Source of the DNA: Eledone cirrhosa
Lineage: Eukaryota
NCBI GenBank assembly: GCA_964016885.1
Contig: OZ024758.1
Coordinates: 15,066,001 to 15,130,000, forward strand
Length of the DNA stretch: 64,000 nucleotides
Direction: 5' to 3'
Both the position numbers and the translations under genes were made by a program. The notes beneath the pieces are model-generated. The model searched no databases, had not been told where the DNA came from, and saw only the letters and a program-made list of their open reading frames with translations. This document shows positions 25,074-37,685 of the stretch, in pieces (the stretch's first letter is position 1; each line of letters starts with the position of its first letter).

Positions 25074-25244
25074 CACTGCAGCTACTTTCTTTTAAGACTG
25101 TATTTGACATTTTAAAGATAGCAGATAACAATTGGAACAAACATATAGAAGAGCAATCAGCTAAAGTTTAGAGAATCTAACTTTATTTTCTTCTCTTTTA
25201 TTCTAAAATTCCACTTCAATTTAAAGAGTTTTGATTTCTAACTC

Positions 25245-26029
25245 ATTTCTCTCTCTTTCCTCTTCTCTATCTCTGCCTCTCTCTCTTCTCTCTCTTTCCC
25301 CCTCTCTCTTCTCTCTCTTTCCCCTTCTCTCTCTTCTCTCTCTTTCCTCTTCTCTATCTCTTTCCCCGTCTTTCTCTCTCTCTCTTCTCTCTCTTTCCTC
25401 TTCTCTCTCTTCTCTCTCTTCTCTCTCTTTCCTCTTCTCTATCTCTTTCCCCGTCTTTCTCTCTCTCTCTTCTCTCTCTTTCCTCTTCTCTCTCTTTCCC
25501 CCTCTCTCTTCTCTCTTCTCTCTCTCTATCCCTCTGTCTGGCTCTCTCTCACTCTCTTTCTCCCCCTCTCTCTGTTCTCTCTCTCCCCCCCCTCTCTCTG
25601 TTCTCTCTCTCTGCCTCTCTCTGTCCTCCTATCTCCCCACCACCACCACCCCCGTAAAATCAATTCAATATCAAACCAAATTTGATATCTTTTCATTTTA
25701 TTTTTCATCTGTATTCATTAGTTGCTATAGTTACTAGTAATTACCAGTCGTTATCGTTGTTGTTGATGATGGTGGTGGGATGATGGTGTTAGTGGGGGTG
25801 GGGGGTATTGATGGGGTTGGTGTTGGTGGTGGAGGTGTTGGTGGTGTTGGTGGTGGTGATGGTGGTGTTGGTGGTGTTGGTGGTGGTGGTGTTGGTGGAG
25901 GTGTTGGTGGTGTTGATGGTGTTGGTGGTGGTGGTGGGGTTCTTGTTGGTGGTGGTGGAGGTGTTGGTGGTGGTGTTCTTGTTCTTGTTTTAGGTGGTGG
26001 TGGTGGAGGTGTTGGTGGTGGCAGTCTCG

Positions 26030-26061
<32 letters not shown>

Positions 26062-26225
26062 GGTGGAGGTGTTGGTGGTGGTGGTGGTGGTGGTGTTCTT
26101 GTTCTTGTTGTAGGTGGTGGTGGTGGAGGTGTTGGTGGTGGTGGTGTTGTTGTTGTTGTTGTTGTTGTTGGTGGAGGTGTTGGTGGTGGCGGTGTTTTTG
26201 TTGATGTGGTGGTGTTGATGTTGTT
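25245..26225. repeat. (CT)-rich tract (25245-25635) and (GGT/GTT)n tract (25757-26225)
   Basis: Seen directly. Confidence 0.9.
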
Positions 26226-27145
26226 GTTCTTGTTAGTCTGGAAATGCAGATTTTTTTCTTTTACTGTTGGACTATAGGCCTTTTATAATTTTAACACAAA
26301 CCATAAGAAAGATCCAATATTTTATTAATGAGTTAAACCAGCAAGTTGTTCACAATAGCAGCATCAGAGTTGTTTGAAGAACCAACCTATGAATCAAATA
26401 AATTCTAAATTGTAGATCAAACTCATCCAGTCACTGAAATATCGAATTTGATACTTACTAAGAAAATAACAGATGTTTTAACCCCTTAGCATTTACATTA
26501 CTCTAGATCAAACTCATCCAGTCACTGAAATATCAAATTTGATACTTACTAAGAAAATAACAGATGTTTTAACCCTTTAGCATTTACATTACTCTAGATC
26601 AAACTCATCCAGTCACTGAAATATCAAATTTGATACTTACTAAGAAAATAACAGACGTTTTAACCCTTTAGTATTTATATTACTTTAGATCAAACTCATC
26701 CAGTCACTGAAATATCAAATTTGATACTTACTAAGAAAATAACAGACGTTTTAACCCTTTAGTATTTATATTACTCTAGATCAAACTCATCCAGTCACTG
26801 AAATATCAAATTTGATACTTACTAAGAAAATAACAGACGTTTTAACCCTTTAGTATTTATATTACTTTAGATCAAACTCATCCAGTCACTGAAATATCAA
26901 ATTTGATACTTACTAAGAAAATAACAGACGTTTTAACCCTTTAGTATTTATATTACTCTAGATCAAACTCATCCAGTCACTGAAATATCAAATTTGATAC
27001 TTACTAAGAAAATAACAGATGTTTTAACCCTTTAGTATTTATATTACTCTAGATCGAACTCATCCAGTCACTGAAATATCAAATTTGATACTTACTAAGA
27101 AAATAACAGACGTTTTAACCCTTTAGTATTTACATTACTCTAGAT

Positions 27146-27205
27146 CAAAGGTTCTCAACCTATTTCGGCCAAACGCCCCCTTATGCACCGCGTTGAGAAC
27201 CTTTG
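27146..27205. mobile_element. 60-bp hAT (Charlie/MER5-like) MITE
   Basis: 14-bp TIR CAAAGGTTCTCAAC/GTTGAGAACCTTTG; 8-bp TSD CTCTAGAT/CCCTAGAT. Confidence 0.85.
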
Positions 27206-27304
27206 CCCTAGATCAAACTCATCCAGTCGCTGAATTATCAAATTTGATACTTACTAAGAAAATAACAGACGTTTTAACCCTTTAGTATTTACATTACTCT
27301 AGAT

Positions 27305-27364
27305 CAAAGGTTCTCAACCTATTTCGGCCAAACGCCCCCTTATGCACCGCGTTGAGAACCTTTG
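27305..27364. mobile_element. 60-bp hAT MITE, identical duplicate
   Basis: Same TIR and same TSD mismatch as 27146-27205. Confidence 0.85.
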
Positions 27365-27431
27365 CCCTAGATCAAACTCATCCAGTCGCTGAATTATCAA
27401 ATTTGATACTTACTAAGAAAATAACAAATGC

Positions 27432-28102
27432 TTTAACCTTTTAGCATTTACATTACTCTATATATACTATTGTATTTTCATGGTAAAGGCTTCACTTCAC
27501 ATAATGTTGAATCTATGAGATTTTGATATTATTTATTTTGAGAACAATACCTTAACATCAGCATGAGTGGCTGGTTACATCCGGTTTGAACAGAAAGAGG
27601 TGAAAGAATTCTGGCGGGATATGGTCGGTTTAAATGCTAAAGGGTTAACTTAGTATTTTATATTCGGATGTATATAGTACTGGATTTATAGTTTAACCCT
27701 TTAGTATTTACATTACTCTATATTTACTATTGTATTTTCATGGTAAAGGCTTTACCTCACATAATTATCTCACATAACATTTACATTACTCTATATATAC
27801 TATTGTATTTTCATGGTAAAGGCTTTACCTCACATAATATCGAATCTATGAGATTTTGATATTATTTATTTTGAGAACAATACCTTAACACTGGTATGAG
27901 CGGCTGGTTACCGTCGGTTATGGCTGGTTTGAACAGAATATAAAACACTAAGTTAACCCATTAGCATTTAAACTGGCCGTATCCGGTCAGAATTCTCTCA
28001 CCTCTTTTTGTTCAAACTGGCTATAACTGGCCAATCATACTGATGTTAAGGTATTGTTCTTAAAATAAATAATATAAAAATCGCATAGATTCAATATTAT
28101 GT
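27432..28102. mobile_element. piggyBac-like MITE cluster (same family as 23608-25073)
   Basis: Complete copy at 27432-27647 bounded by TTAA, plus partial forward and reverse copies. Confidence 0.85.
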
Positions 28103-29658
28103 AAGTAGGTTTGTTAATTCAAACGTTTATCATAATCTTTATTAGTGGACAGATCATTGTAAAAAAATTACAGTAAACTAAATTAAAGACTTTAATTTTT
28201 AATGTGATGCAGTCATAGTGCTGTTTTTAACTTTTAATGAATGTCTTGCTAATGCTGTTTCGTGAGGAACAGGACGTTAAGAATTAATTATTTTACAATA
28301 AATACATCTTGTCTTTCTTCCGTACATATTTCATTGAAAAACTTTAAAATTTCAATGTCTTGGTAATTCCAAAATTTAAACAAATTTTAAAATAATCGAA
28401 ATTATTTAAAAATTTGTTAGCACGAAATTGAATTAATCTCAGCATGTTTAATTCTATTCTTTAAAAACTTTGAGGAAGTATTAAATATTTTCCAGATAAA
28501 TTTGTCAAATTAATGACAAAGCTGATAAATGAAAGTGGTGGAAATTTCTAAATCTTTGACAGCTTAAGTGCCTCAAATAATATAGATAATTATAACTTCA
28601 AATAACGAATACAGAACTATGAAAAATGGAAGACTATTTTCAGTTTTCTTTATGTTTAGTCTTAACATTTTCAAATGTCATTTAAGGGGCAGAGAACATC
28701 AAAGTAGATGAACATAAAGATCAGGTATATATAAATCTCATAAAATAAGATGCAATAAAAAATTATTATTTTGACTCTAAGAAATTAGTTGCCTAGTTTT
28801 CTCTTCTGATATGATATATAAGCATAGACAGCCTTATATCCTGCCAAATAATCACAAATATGTGATAATCTAGACACCTCATCTCCCATTAAGTAAGTCT
28901 ATTTCTATATTAATAGAAATAGAGTTAGCAGGAGATATCTCAAGCAGATATTTATCTAGCCATCCTATATCATATTATATCTTCCCCTCGTGTAAAATTA
29001 TTTGTCATTTACGATGAAGTTTATTTTGCATTCTACATTTACACACAATGTTCAAATCTGGATGGAATAAGCTAGTTAGAACCAAACACTAGGTTATGGT
29101 ACCGTTACTAATGGTGCCATCATTCTGGGAGAGAACAAAAGAAGCAAATGAATGTCTACATAGCAATTAAGCCAAAATTGTTAAGAACAAAAATATAAAA
29201 CTAACTTAAAAATCTATATTTATGGAATTTCTGGGTTTAAATCCATCGATGATAAAAATATTTTATTATGAGGAAGAAATACAATCTTTTATTCTACCTG
29301 ACATTGACATAAAGTAAAAACACGATTCAAAAGATTATTTTTATAGCCCTTTGGTTCTGGCTCATGAAGATATATTAAATAATTCAACAGTTTTAATGCT
29401 CTGCTATAAGATTTATTATTCTTTTCTTATGTCTGTTGCCTTATAGTACCACAGAGATACCTCCTGTGAGATTTGAAGAGAAAATATATCATTTGAGAAA
29501 ATAATACTCTTTAGTAAACTCATAATGACTTTGAAAATAAAGCCATAAATAAATAAAGACTAAGTACATTTTAAGAACAGTGATGACTGATTAAAGTTGA
29601 GATGTTTAGTGAATCTTAGCTATCTCTTCTTGAGTAGATGTGTATATTTGTATTGAAT

Positions 29659-29848
29659 AATAATTGTTTCTACTTTAGGCACAAGGCCAGCAATTACCCA
29701 GTGCATTACTGGTACTTTATTTTATCGACCCCGTAAGGATGAAAGGCAAAGTCAACCTCGGCGGGATTTGAACTCAGATCGTAAAGGGACGTAACTATGC
29801 TGGAAAGCATGGCGTCCGACCCTCTACCGATACTGCCAATCCACCACC
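29659..29848 (-). mobile_element. SINE family B
   Basis: Near-identical to 7499-7690. Confidence 0.9.
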
Positions 29849-29977
29849 CCATTGAATAATAATGTTGTTGTTATGATTCCTCAGAGTCTGTTACATTTAT
29901 TTAGATTTTGGTCAGCAGGTTCAATTTGAAGAAAATTCATGGAATTTTAATCATTGCACTGATAATAGAGTCCTGCC

Positions 29978-30460
29978 ACATCTTACATAGACATTTAACC
30001 TTCCAATTACATCTTACACAGACCATTTGATCACCCAGTCACATCCTATATAGATCATTTGACCTTCCAATTACATCTTACACAGACCATTTGATCACCC
30101 AGTCACATCCTATATAGATCATTTGACCTTCCAATTACATCTTACACAGACCATTTGATCACCCAGTCACATCCTATATAGATCATTTAACCTTCCAATT
30201 ACATCTTACATAGATCATTTGATCAACCAGTCACATCCTATATAGATCATTTGACCTTCCAATTACATCTTACATAGACCATTTGATCACCCAGTCACAT
30301 CCTATATAGATCATTTGATCTTCCAATTACATCTTACATAGATCATTTGATCTTCCAATTACATCTTACATAGATCATTTGATCTTCCAGTTACATCTTC
30401 CACAGACCATTTGATCTTCCAGTTACATCTTCCACATATCATTTGATCACCCTGCTACAT
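29978..30460. repeat. 32-bp minisatellite with a 64-bp A/B dimer higher-order structure
   Basis: CCTTCCAATTACATCTTACACAGACCATTTGA alternates with TCACCCAGTCACATCCTATATAGATCATTTGA. Confidence 0.92.
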
Positions 30461-31577
30461 TTAAACCGGCTGTATCCGGCCAGAATTCTCTCACTTCTTT
30501 CTGTTTAAACCGGCTGTAATTGTCTGCTCATACTGATGCTAAGATATTGTTCTCAAAATAAATAATATCAAAATCTCACAGATTCAATATTATGTGAGAT
30601 AATTATGAGAGGTAAAGCCTTTACCATGAAAATATAATAGTAAACATAGAGTAATGTAAATGATAAAGGGTTAAACTTTATACAAGATGTGGACACTATT
30701 GCACATATTACACAAAAAATGTTGTACAAAGCAAATACAACCCCAAATTTTAGTTGACAATCGCAACAGTAAAAGTGAAAACTGAAAGCCAAAAACTCAT
30801 TCAATTTTTTCAATCAACATTAATATTAGCTCAAGCTTTACTACAGACAGTTATACCTGAGGTAAGAAATATAATTCTACTTTCTTCTCTCACCTCAAAG
30901 AAAATAAGTTTCATTACTACTTCACATCTGAGTGGTTTGTATCTGATTGCAAAACACCTGCATGAATATTTCATATTAATATTCATATTTGAAAGTATAG
31001 TAGTTAGAATAAGAAGAGTGGAAAATATTCAGGGTGCTACTACTTTTGTTGGCAATGAAAGAATTTTCTCTCAGAGCAAAGAGTAGATTGTATGAAGTCT
31101 ACATAAGAAATGTTTGCAGACTTTTACTTTTCATGCTTAATGATTTAAAAAAAAAAAGTCTCGTGCCTGGAGGCTCACCAGAGCTCTGCTTACCACAGTT
31201 TTCATGGCGTAAAGCGACTGAGGGTACAAGACTTCCTCTTGGATAGGACGCCAGTCCATCACAGCATTAACTCCCCCCTTCCCCCAGCTATTACTGGTAC
31301 TCATTTTCAGCTGAGTATACAGGAGTAATGTGAAATGAAGTGTTTTGCTCAAGAACACAACACGCAACCCAGCCCAGGAATTGAACCCACAACATTATGA
31401 TTGTAAGTCCAACACCTTTACCACTAGGCCACATGCCTCCTTGGTCATGTAGATAAGAGGTTCATTCCACAGTAACACAGTTTTAGGTTTGAGTTGACTC
31501 TGTGGCACCTTGAACAAGTATCTCGTATCATAGATCCAGGTTGAACAATGAACTCAAATTCCAGGTAGATATGAGTA

Positions 31578-31762
31578 AATACAGTTAGTGTCAGTATCCA
31601 AGTCTCAGACCCGTACAGCAGCACAGACTCCACTACAGCAATGAAGAGGCGGATTTTCAGGTCTTTACGAAGGTCCGACTTCCACACCGATCTCAAGCTG
31701 TGGCATGCCACCCAGGCTTTGCTCTTCCTCTCAACCACATCATCTTCCGTATTCCCAATCTT
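31578..31762 (-). mobile_element. RTE LINE fragment, inverted 5' part
   Basis: RKSKAWVACHSLRSVWKSDLRKDLKIRLFIAVVESVLLYGSETWILT. Confidence 0.9.
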
Positions 31763-31774
31763 TGCTCCCACATA

Positions 31775-32011
31775 CAGATGGTGGATGGGTGCTACACGAG
31801 AATGCTGAGGATGGCTCTGAACATTAATCAATATACACTGAGGATGAAAAACTCAGAGCTGTATGGGAGCCTCCCAAAAGTCAGCTTAAAAGTGACACAG
31901 AGGAGACTGAGGTTAGCTGGACATGCTCACCGACATCCAGAGTTGACATTGCACTCAGTGCTCCTGTGGGAGCCCCTGCATCCACACACTGGAAGAGGGA
32001 GACCGAGGTTA
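31775..32011 (+). mobile_element. RTE LINE fragment, non-inverted 3' part
   Basis: VDGCYTRMLRMALNI...NSELYG.LPKVS..VTQRRLRLAGH...GRGRPRL. Confidence 0.9.
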
Positions 32012-32074
32012 TGTATGTATGTGTGTATATATATATATGTATGTGTGTATATATATATGTATATATATATATAC

Positions 32075-32340
32075 TAGTTGGTGCTACTGGTAACATGTAT
32101 CCCAGTACAACCTGTCTCATGGTCAGGTTGTTGGCGACTAAACTGGCAACCCCACCAAGGTTTCTTGGTGAGGAGGGTGACTTTGGACATCCTGCAGGAC
32201 TAAAATCAAAACCTGTCAAAGGGCAAAGAAGCTCTTAAGAGTCAATGGCCATCCAAAATCACCGGGAGAGATGACCCCTTAGCCTTTGTCAAGGCAGAAT
32301 TCTAGGAGAAGGAATACTCTGATATAACACCTGCAACCCT
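32075..32340 (+). mobile_element. SINE-like dispersed repeat (family D)
   Basis: Homologous to about 37470-37645 (GGCGACTAAACTGGCAACCCC...GAGTCAA.GGCCATC). Confidence 0.7.
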
Positions 32341-32687
32341 GATGGTATCCAATGATGTTGACTTGTTCTTCTTTTTGGTAAATATCATCTTGGTTAAGAG
32401 AGTTGGACTGGCTTTGTGCAATGCCTTTGCTCACTATAAAAGCTTCACGGCACAGGCATTGCTTTATATCTGCAGATCTCTCTGTACTTGTCATCACATG
32501 GTACCATGGGCCCAGCACTGTGTGTCAATAATTGTCACAAGTGTAGTGTTTGTACCAGAGTCTTCAAGTCGCTGGCTGGACTAAAAAGTCACACTCGTTC
32601 AGCGCATCGGTAGGGGTTCTCCTACATGGATATAAAGTAGTGGCCGTACTCGAAAACGAGTTGGCAGCCACCATATATGTATATGTA

Positions 32688-32952
32688 CAGCTCCAAAGTA
32701 ACACAGAGGAAACTGAGGTTAGCTGGACATGCTCACCAACATCCAGAGTTGACATTGAACTCAGTGCTCCTGTGGGAACCCCTGCATGGACCCACTGGAA
32801 GAGGAAGACCAAGGTTAGCATATGTTGATGCTCTAAGGACAGACACTGGTCTGTTGAGATGCAGGACATGGCAGCGATAATGAGGGATAGAGACCGCTGG
32901 AGAGAACTCATCCATGGATCTCGGCAATTTTACCCGCCCTAGAACAAGAACA
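32688..32952 (+). mobile_element. RTE LINE 3' end with stop codon and short (AACAAG) tail
   Basis: RKLRLAGHAHQHPE...GRGRPRLAYVD...RQFYPP* followed by AACAAGAACA. Confidence 0.88.
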
Positions 32953-33967
32953 GTTAATGAGAGAAGCATTATCTCCTACACACACATATATGTACACACA
33001 CACACACACATGTATATATATATGCTCACATATACACACACATGTATATACACACCCACATATGTATGCACACACATGTATGCATACACAAATGTACTCA
33101 CACACACACATATATGTACACACACATACATGTACATATACACACACATATGTACACTACACACATGCACACATATACACACACACACACACACATATAC
33201 ACACATGCACTCATGTACATACACAGGCACACACACACGCACGCGCATATGTATACACATACTTGAACACACACATGTATATATATATATGTACACACAC
33301 ACACACACATGTATATACATATGCTCACATATATATACACACCCACATATGTATGCACACACATGTATGCATACACAAATGTACGCACACACACACACAT
33401 AATGTACACACACATGTACATATACACACACATATGTACACTACACACATATACACACACACACATATACACACATGCACTCATGTACATACACAGGCAC
33501 ACACACACGCACGCGCATATGTATACACATACTTGAACACACACATGTATATATATACACACACACACATGCACATTTAAATGGTCTAATACCAGTATTT
33601 AACAAGAGAGAGGAGGGATACAACTTTACAAACTGTTTAAGAATATTATATAGATAAAAACAGGATTCCATTAAAATAATCTTGAGTAAATTGAAATGAC
33701 TCTTCACAATTAAAAGAAAAAAATTGTGGCAAATAGCAAAAATTTCATTTATTAGGTTTCACAAAATTAAATCTTTTAATTGAATGTCATATTTTTATTT
33801 CTTTATAGTAATTTTAGTTTGATGGGTTGTAAGACCAGAAATGACACGATGGTGGGGTTAATGTCATCGAATGGGCCCCACAGGGGGATAGGACAGGGAA
33901 GGGGTGGGTGGGGTGCGGTGGTAGGGTCTAATTTTACCCTCTTTTGTAGTTTGACCATTGGTAAAGA

Positions 33968-35703
33968 AGGTTGTGTGAGTGTGATTAACCCTTTCATCTG
34001 TAGAAGTGGAGTGTAAGCTGCTAAGGTTGTGAGTATGACTAATCCTTTCATCTGTAGAAGTGGAGTGTAAGCTGCTAAGGTTGTGAGTATGACTAACCCT
34101 TTCATCTGTAGAAGTGGAGTGTAAGCTGCTAAGGTTGTGAGTATGACTAACCCTTTCATCTGTAGAAGTGGAGTGTAAGCTGCTAAGGTTGTGAGTATGA
34201 CTAATCCTTTCATCTGTAGAAGTGGAGTGTAAGCTGCTAAGGTTGTGAGTATGACTAACCCTTTCATCTGTAGAAGTGGAGTGTAAGCTGCTAAGGTTGT
34301 GAGTATGACTAACCCTTTCATCTGTAGAAGTGGAGTGTAAGCTGCTAAGATTGTGAGTATGACTAACCCTTTCATCTGTAGGAGTGGAGTGTAAGCTGCT
34401 AAGGTTGTGAGTATGACTAACCCTTTCATCTGTAGAAGTGGAGTGTAAGCTGCTAAGGTTGTGAGTATGACTAATCCTTTCATCTGTAGAAGTGGAGTGT
34501 AAGCTGCTAAGGTTGTGAGTATGACTAACCCTTTCATCTGTAGAAGTGGAGTGTAAGCTGCTAAGGTTGTGAGTATGACTAACCCTTTCATCTGTAGAAG
34601 TGAAGTGTAAGCTGCTAAGATTGTGAGTATGACTAACCCTTTCATCTGTAGGAGTGGAGTGTAAGCTGCTAAGGTTGTGAGTGTGACTAATCCTTTCATC
34701 TGTAGAAGTGGAGTTTAAGCTGCTAAGGTTGTGTGAGTGTGACTAACCCTTTCATCTGTAGAAGTGGAGTGTAAGCTGCTAAGGTTGTGAGTATGACTAA
34801 TCCTTTCATCTGTAGAAGTGGAGTGTAAGCTGCTAAGGTTGTGAGTATGACTAACCCTTTCATCTGTAGAAGTGGAGTGTAAGCTGCTAAGGTTGTGAGT
34901 GTGACTAATCCTTTCATCTGTAGAAGTGGAGTGTAAGCTGCTAAGTTTGTAAGTATGACTAACCCTTTCATCTGTAGAAGTGGAGTGTAAGCTGCTAAGG
35001 TTGTGAGTATGACTAACCCTTTCATCTGTAGAAGTGGAGTGTAAGCTGCTAAGGTTGTGAGTATGACTAACCCTTTCATCTGTAGAAGTGAAGTGTAAGC
35101 TGCTAAGGTTGTGTGAGTGTGACTAACCCTTTCATCTGTAGAAGTGGAGTGTAAGCTGCTAAGGTTGTAAGTATGACTAACCCTTTCATTTGTAGAAGTG
35201 GAGTGTAAGCTGCTAAGGTTGTGAGTATGACTAACCCTTTCATCTGTAGAAGTGGAGTGTAAGCTGCTAAGGTTGTAAGTATGACTAACCCTTTCATTTG
35301 TAGAAGTGGAGTGGAAGCTGCTAAGGTTGTGAGTATGACTAACCCTTTCATCTGTAGAAGTGGAGTGTAAGCTGCTAAGGTTGTAAGTATGACTAACCCT
35401 TTCATATGTAGAAGTAGAGTGTAAGCTGCTAAGGTTGTGAGTATGACTAACCCTTTCATCTGTAGGAGTGGAGTGTAAGCTGCTAAGGTTGTAAGTATGA
35501 CTAACCCTTTCATATGTAGAAGTAGAGTGTAAGCTGCTAAGGTTGTGTGAGTGTGACTAACCCTTTCATCTGTAGAAGTGAAGTGTAAGCTGCTAAGGTT
35601 GTAAGTATGACTAACCCTTTCATCTGTAGAAGTGAAGTGTAAGCTGCTAAGGTTGTGTGAGTGTGACTAACCCTTCATCTGTAGAAGTGGAGTGTAAGCT
35701 GCT
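33968..35703. repeat. 54-bp minisatellite, about 32 copies
   Basis: Unit GGTTGTGAGTATGACTAACCCTTTCATCTGTAGAAGTGGAGTGTAAGCTGCTAA; occasional +GT units. Confidence 0.97.
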
Positions 35704-37642
35704 TCAGGCTGATTGAGTGAACAAATGATAAAACTTGAAAAGGGGGTGAGCTCTGAATGTTTGCTATTTATTTTATCACCTTAATGCATAGTGGTTAAAC
35801 AGTTGGATTTACAATTGTGAGGTTGTGAGTTTGATTCCTGGACCGGGCTATGTTTTGTGTCCTTCAGCATGACCCCATAATTATATTTTTCTCCCCAAAC
35901 TACCAAAACACACATCTATTTGTATATGTGCTACAATTTATGTACATGTTATATTTATCTCGTATCAAAGTTATTTTATATCTTGATTGATATTTGATAA
36001 CAACTAAACTAATCACTACAACTAAATTGACCAAATTTGCCCCCCCCCCCCCCCCCCCCCTGCACCTCATTCAGAAATGCTTCCACTGCCACATTAATGC
36101 ATATAATGGTTACAGAATTGGATTTACAATTGTGGGGCTGTGAATTTGATTCCTGGACTGAGTGGTACATTATGTCCTTGAGCAAGACATTTTACATCTG
36201 CCAGTAGTTGTAATTGGTAGATAGTATCAGCAACTGGAAAGACCAATGATGTAAGCTCTGATTGCTTGCTATTTATTTTATTACATTAATGAGTAGTGGT
36301 TAGAGAGTTGGATTCCTGGACCATGCGATGCGTTATGTCCTTGAGCAAGACATTTTACTTCTTTATTTCATGTTGCCCCTTCTGCCAGTAGTTGCAACCA
36401 ATAGATAGTAACAGCAATTGGAAAGACCAATAAGGTAAGCTCTGAATATTTATTTATTTTATTACGTTAACCCTTTAGTAATCAAGAACGAATTAAGTTC
36501 ATGAACTGAGGTTCCACTGTATTTAATTAGAGATATATTCAACAAAACCCCTGAAGAAGATTTGGCTGCTATTTCTAGCAATATCAGATGTTATTAGGGA
36601 ATCACAAATGTGCAAATGTGCTGTTAATATATTTATAAAAAGTGGTACATTAGCAATATCGGTAGAGCGTCGGACACTATGCTTTATGGTATTCGGTTAC
36701 GCCACTTTACAGTCTGAGTTCAAATCCTGCCAAGGTTAGCTTTGCTTTCATCCTTATGGGCGTTGATAAAATAAAGCACCAGTAATGCACTGGGGTTGAT
36801 TTAATCGACTTTCCCCTCTTCTAGAATTGTTGGCTTTGTGCCTAATTCAGAAACCAATATGTTTATAAACTTTGGCTCTATTAACTTAATATCTAGAGAT
36901 GGAAGAGTTATCAATATTTATCTCAACACTATATTACCATCTGTTTGATCTTTGATTGTCATGAGGTCTCTTATTCATGAATGTATACATAGTACCAGAC
37001 TGTATTCAAACTATGTACACATCCAAGAATAAGATATGTGATCATGGCCACAGGACAAACCAAGTGAAACGTAGTGTGTAGATGTAAATATTGAAAAATG
37101 TTTCATCTCAACAGAAGTCTTTTACTAGTTCCAGTCATTTAACTGCAGTCATCCTGGGTCCACCAAATATACAAGAGTTCCAGTCAGTCAAATTGACTCC
37201 AGTTCTTATTTCATAACTAAGATAATAACTTAATGTAAGGTTCTTATATAAAATTATGCAGGAAGGTTTTTATTTAAATTGGAAACCTTTAAAATGGGTG
37301 ATTTTATTTCATAGAATCAGAGCCGGTTTCTACCGGGTTGGAAACAAAAGGGTTAAGAGATGCCTGAAAAGGGTATGATTAGAAAGAACTCCTGTTCTAA
37401 GTAAACCCTTTTTTTTTTAAATCCCCAATAAATTACGATATTTTATGTTAATTATGTCAGGTCACTCTTCAGTGGTACTGGTAGCATGTAACGCAGTACA
37501 ACCTGTCGCATGGTCAGGTCGTCGGCGACTAAACTGGCAACCCCACCAAGTTTACTTGGTGAGGAGGGTGATTTTGGACACCCTGCAGGACAAAAAACAA
37601 AACCTGACAAAGGGCGGAAGAACTCATAAGAGTCAACGGCCA

Positions 37643-37685
<43 letters not shown>

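Larger units (their letters stand above)
26413..27460. repeat. 91-bp tandem repeat (about 10 units), each containing a piggyBac-MITE terminus
   Basis: Units start at 26413, 26504, 26595 and so on; each ends TTAACCCTTTAG(C/T)ATTTA(C/T)ATTACTC. Confidence 0.95.

Noticed and set aside
25780-26277. Glycine-rich protein ORF
   Set aside because: (GGT/GTT)n microsatellite with no signal peptide or exon context
26413-27460. CRISPR-like appearance of regular repeats (also 8378 and 33968)
   Set aside because: No unique spacers and no cas genes; eukaryotic context
29089-29152. Minus-strand acceptor TTTTGTTCTCTCCCAG followed by NDGTISNGTIT*
   Set aside because: Too short to assign, and no partner exons identified
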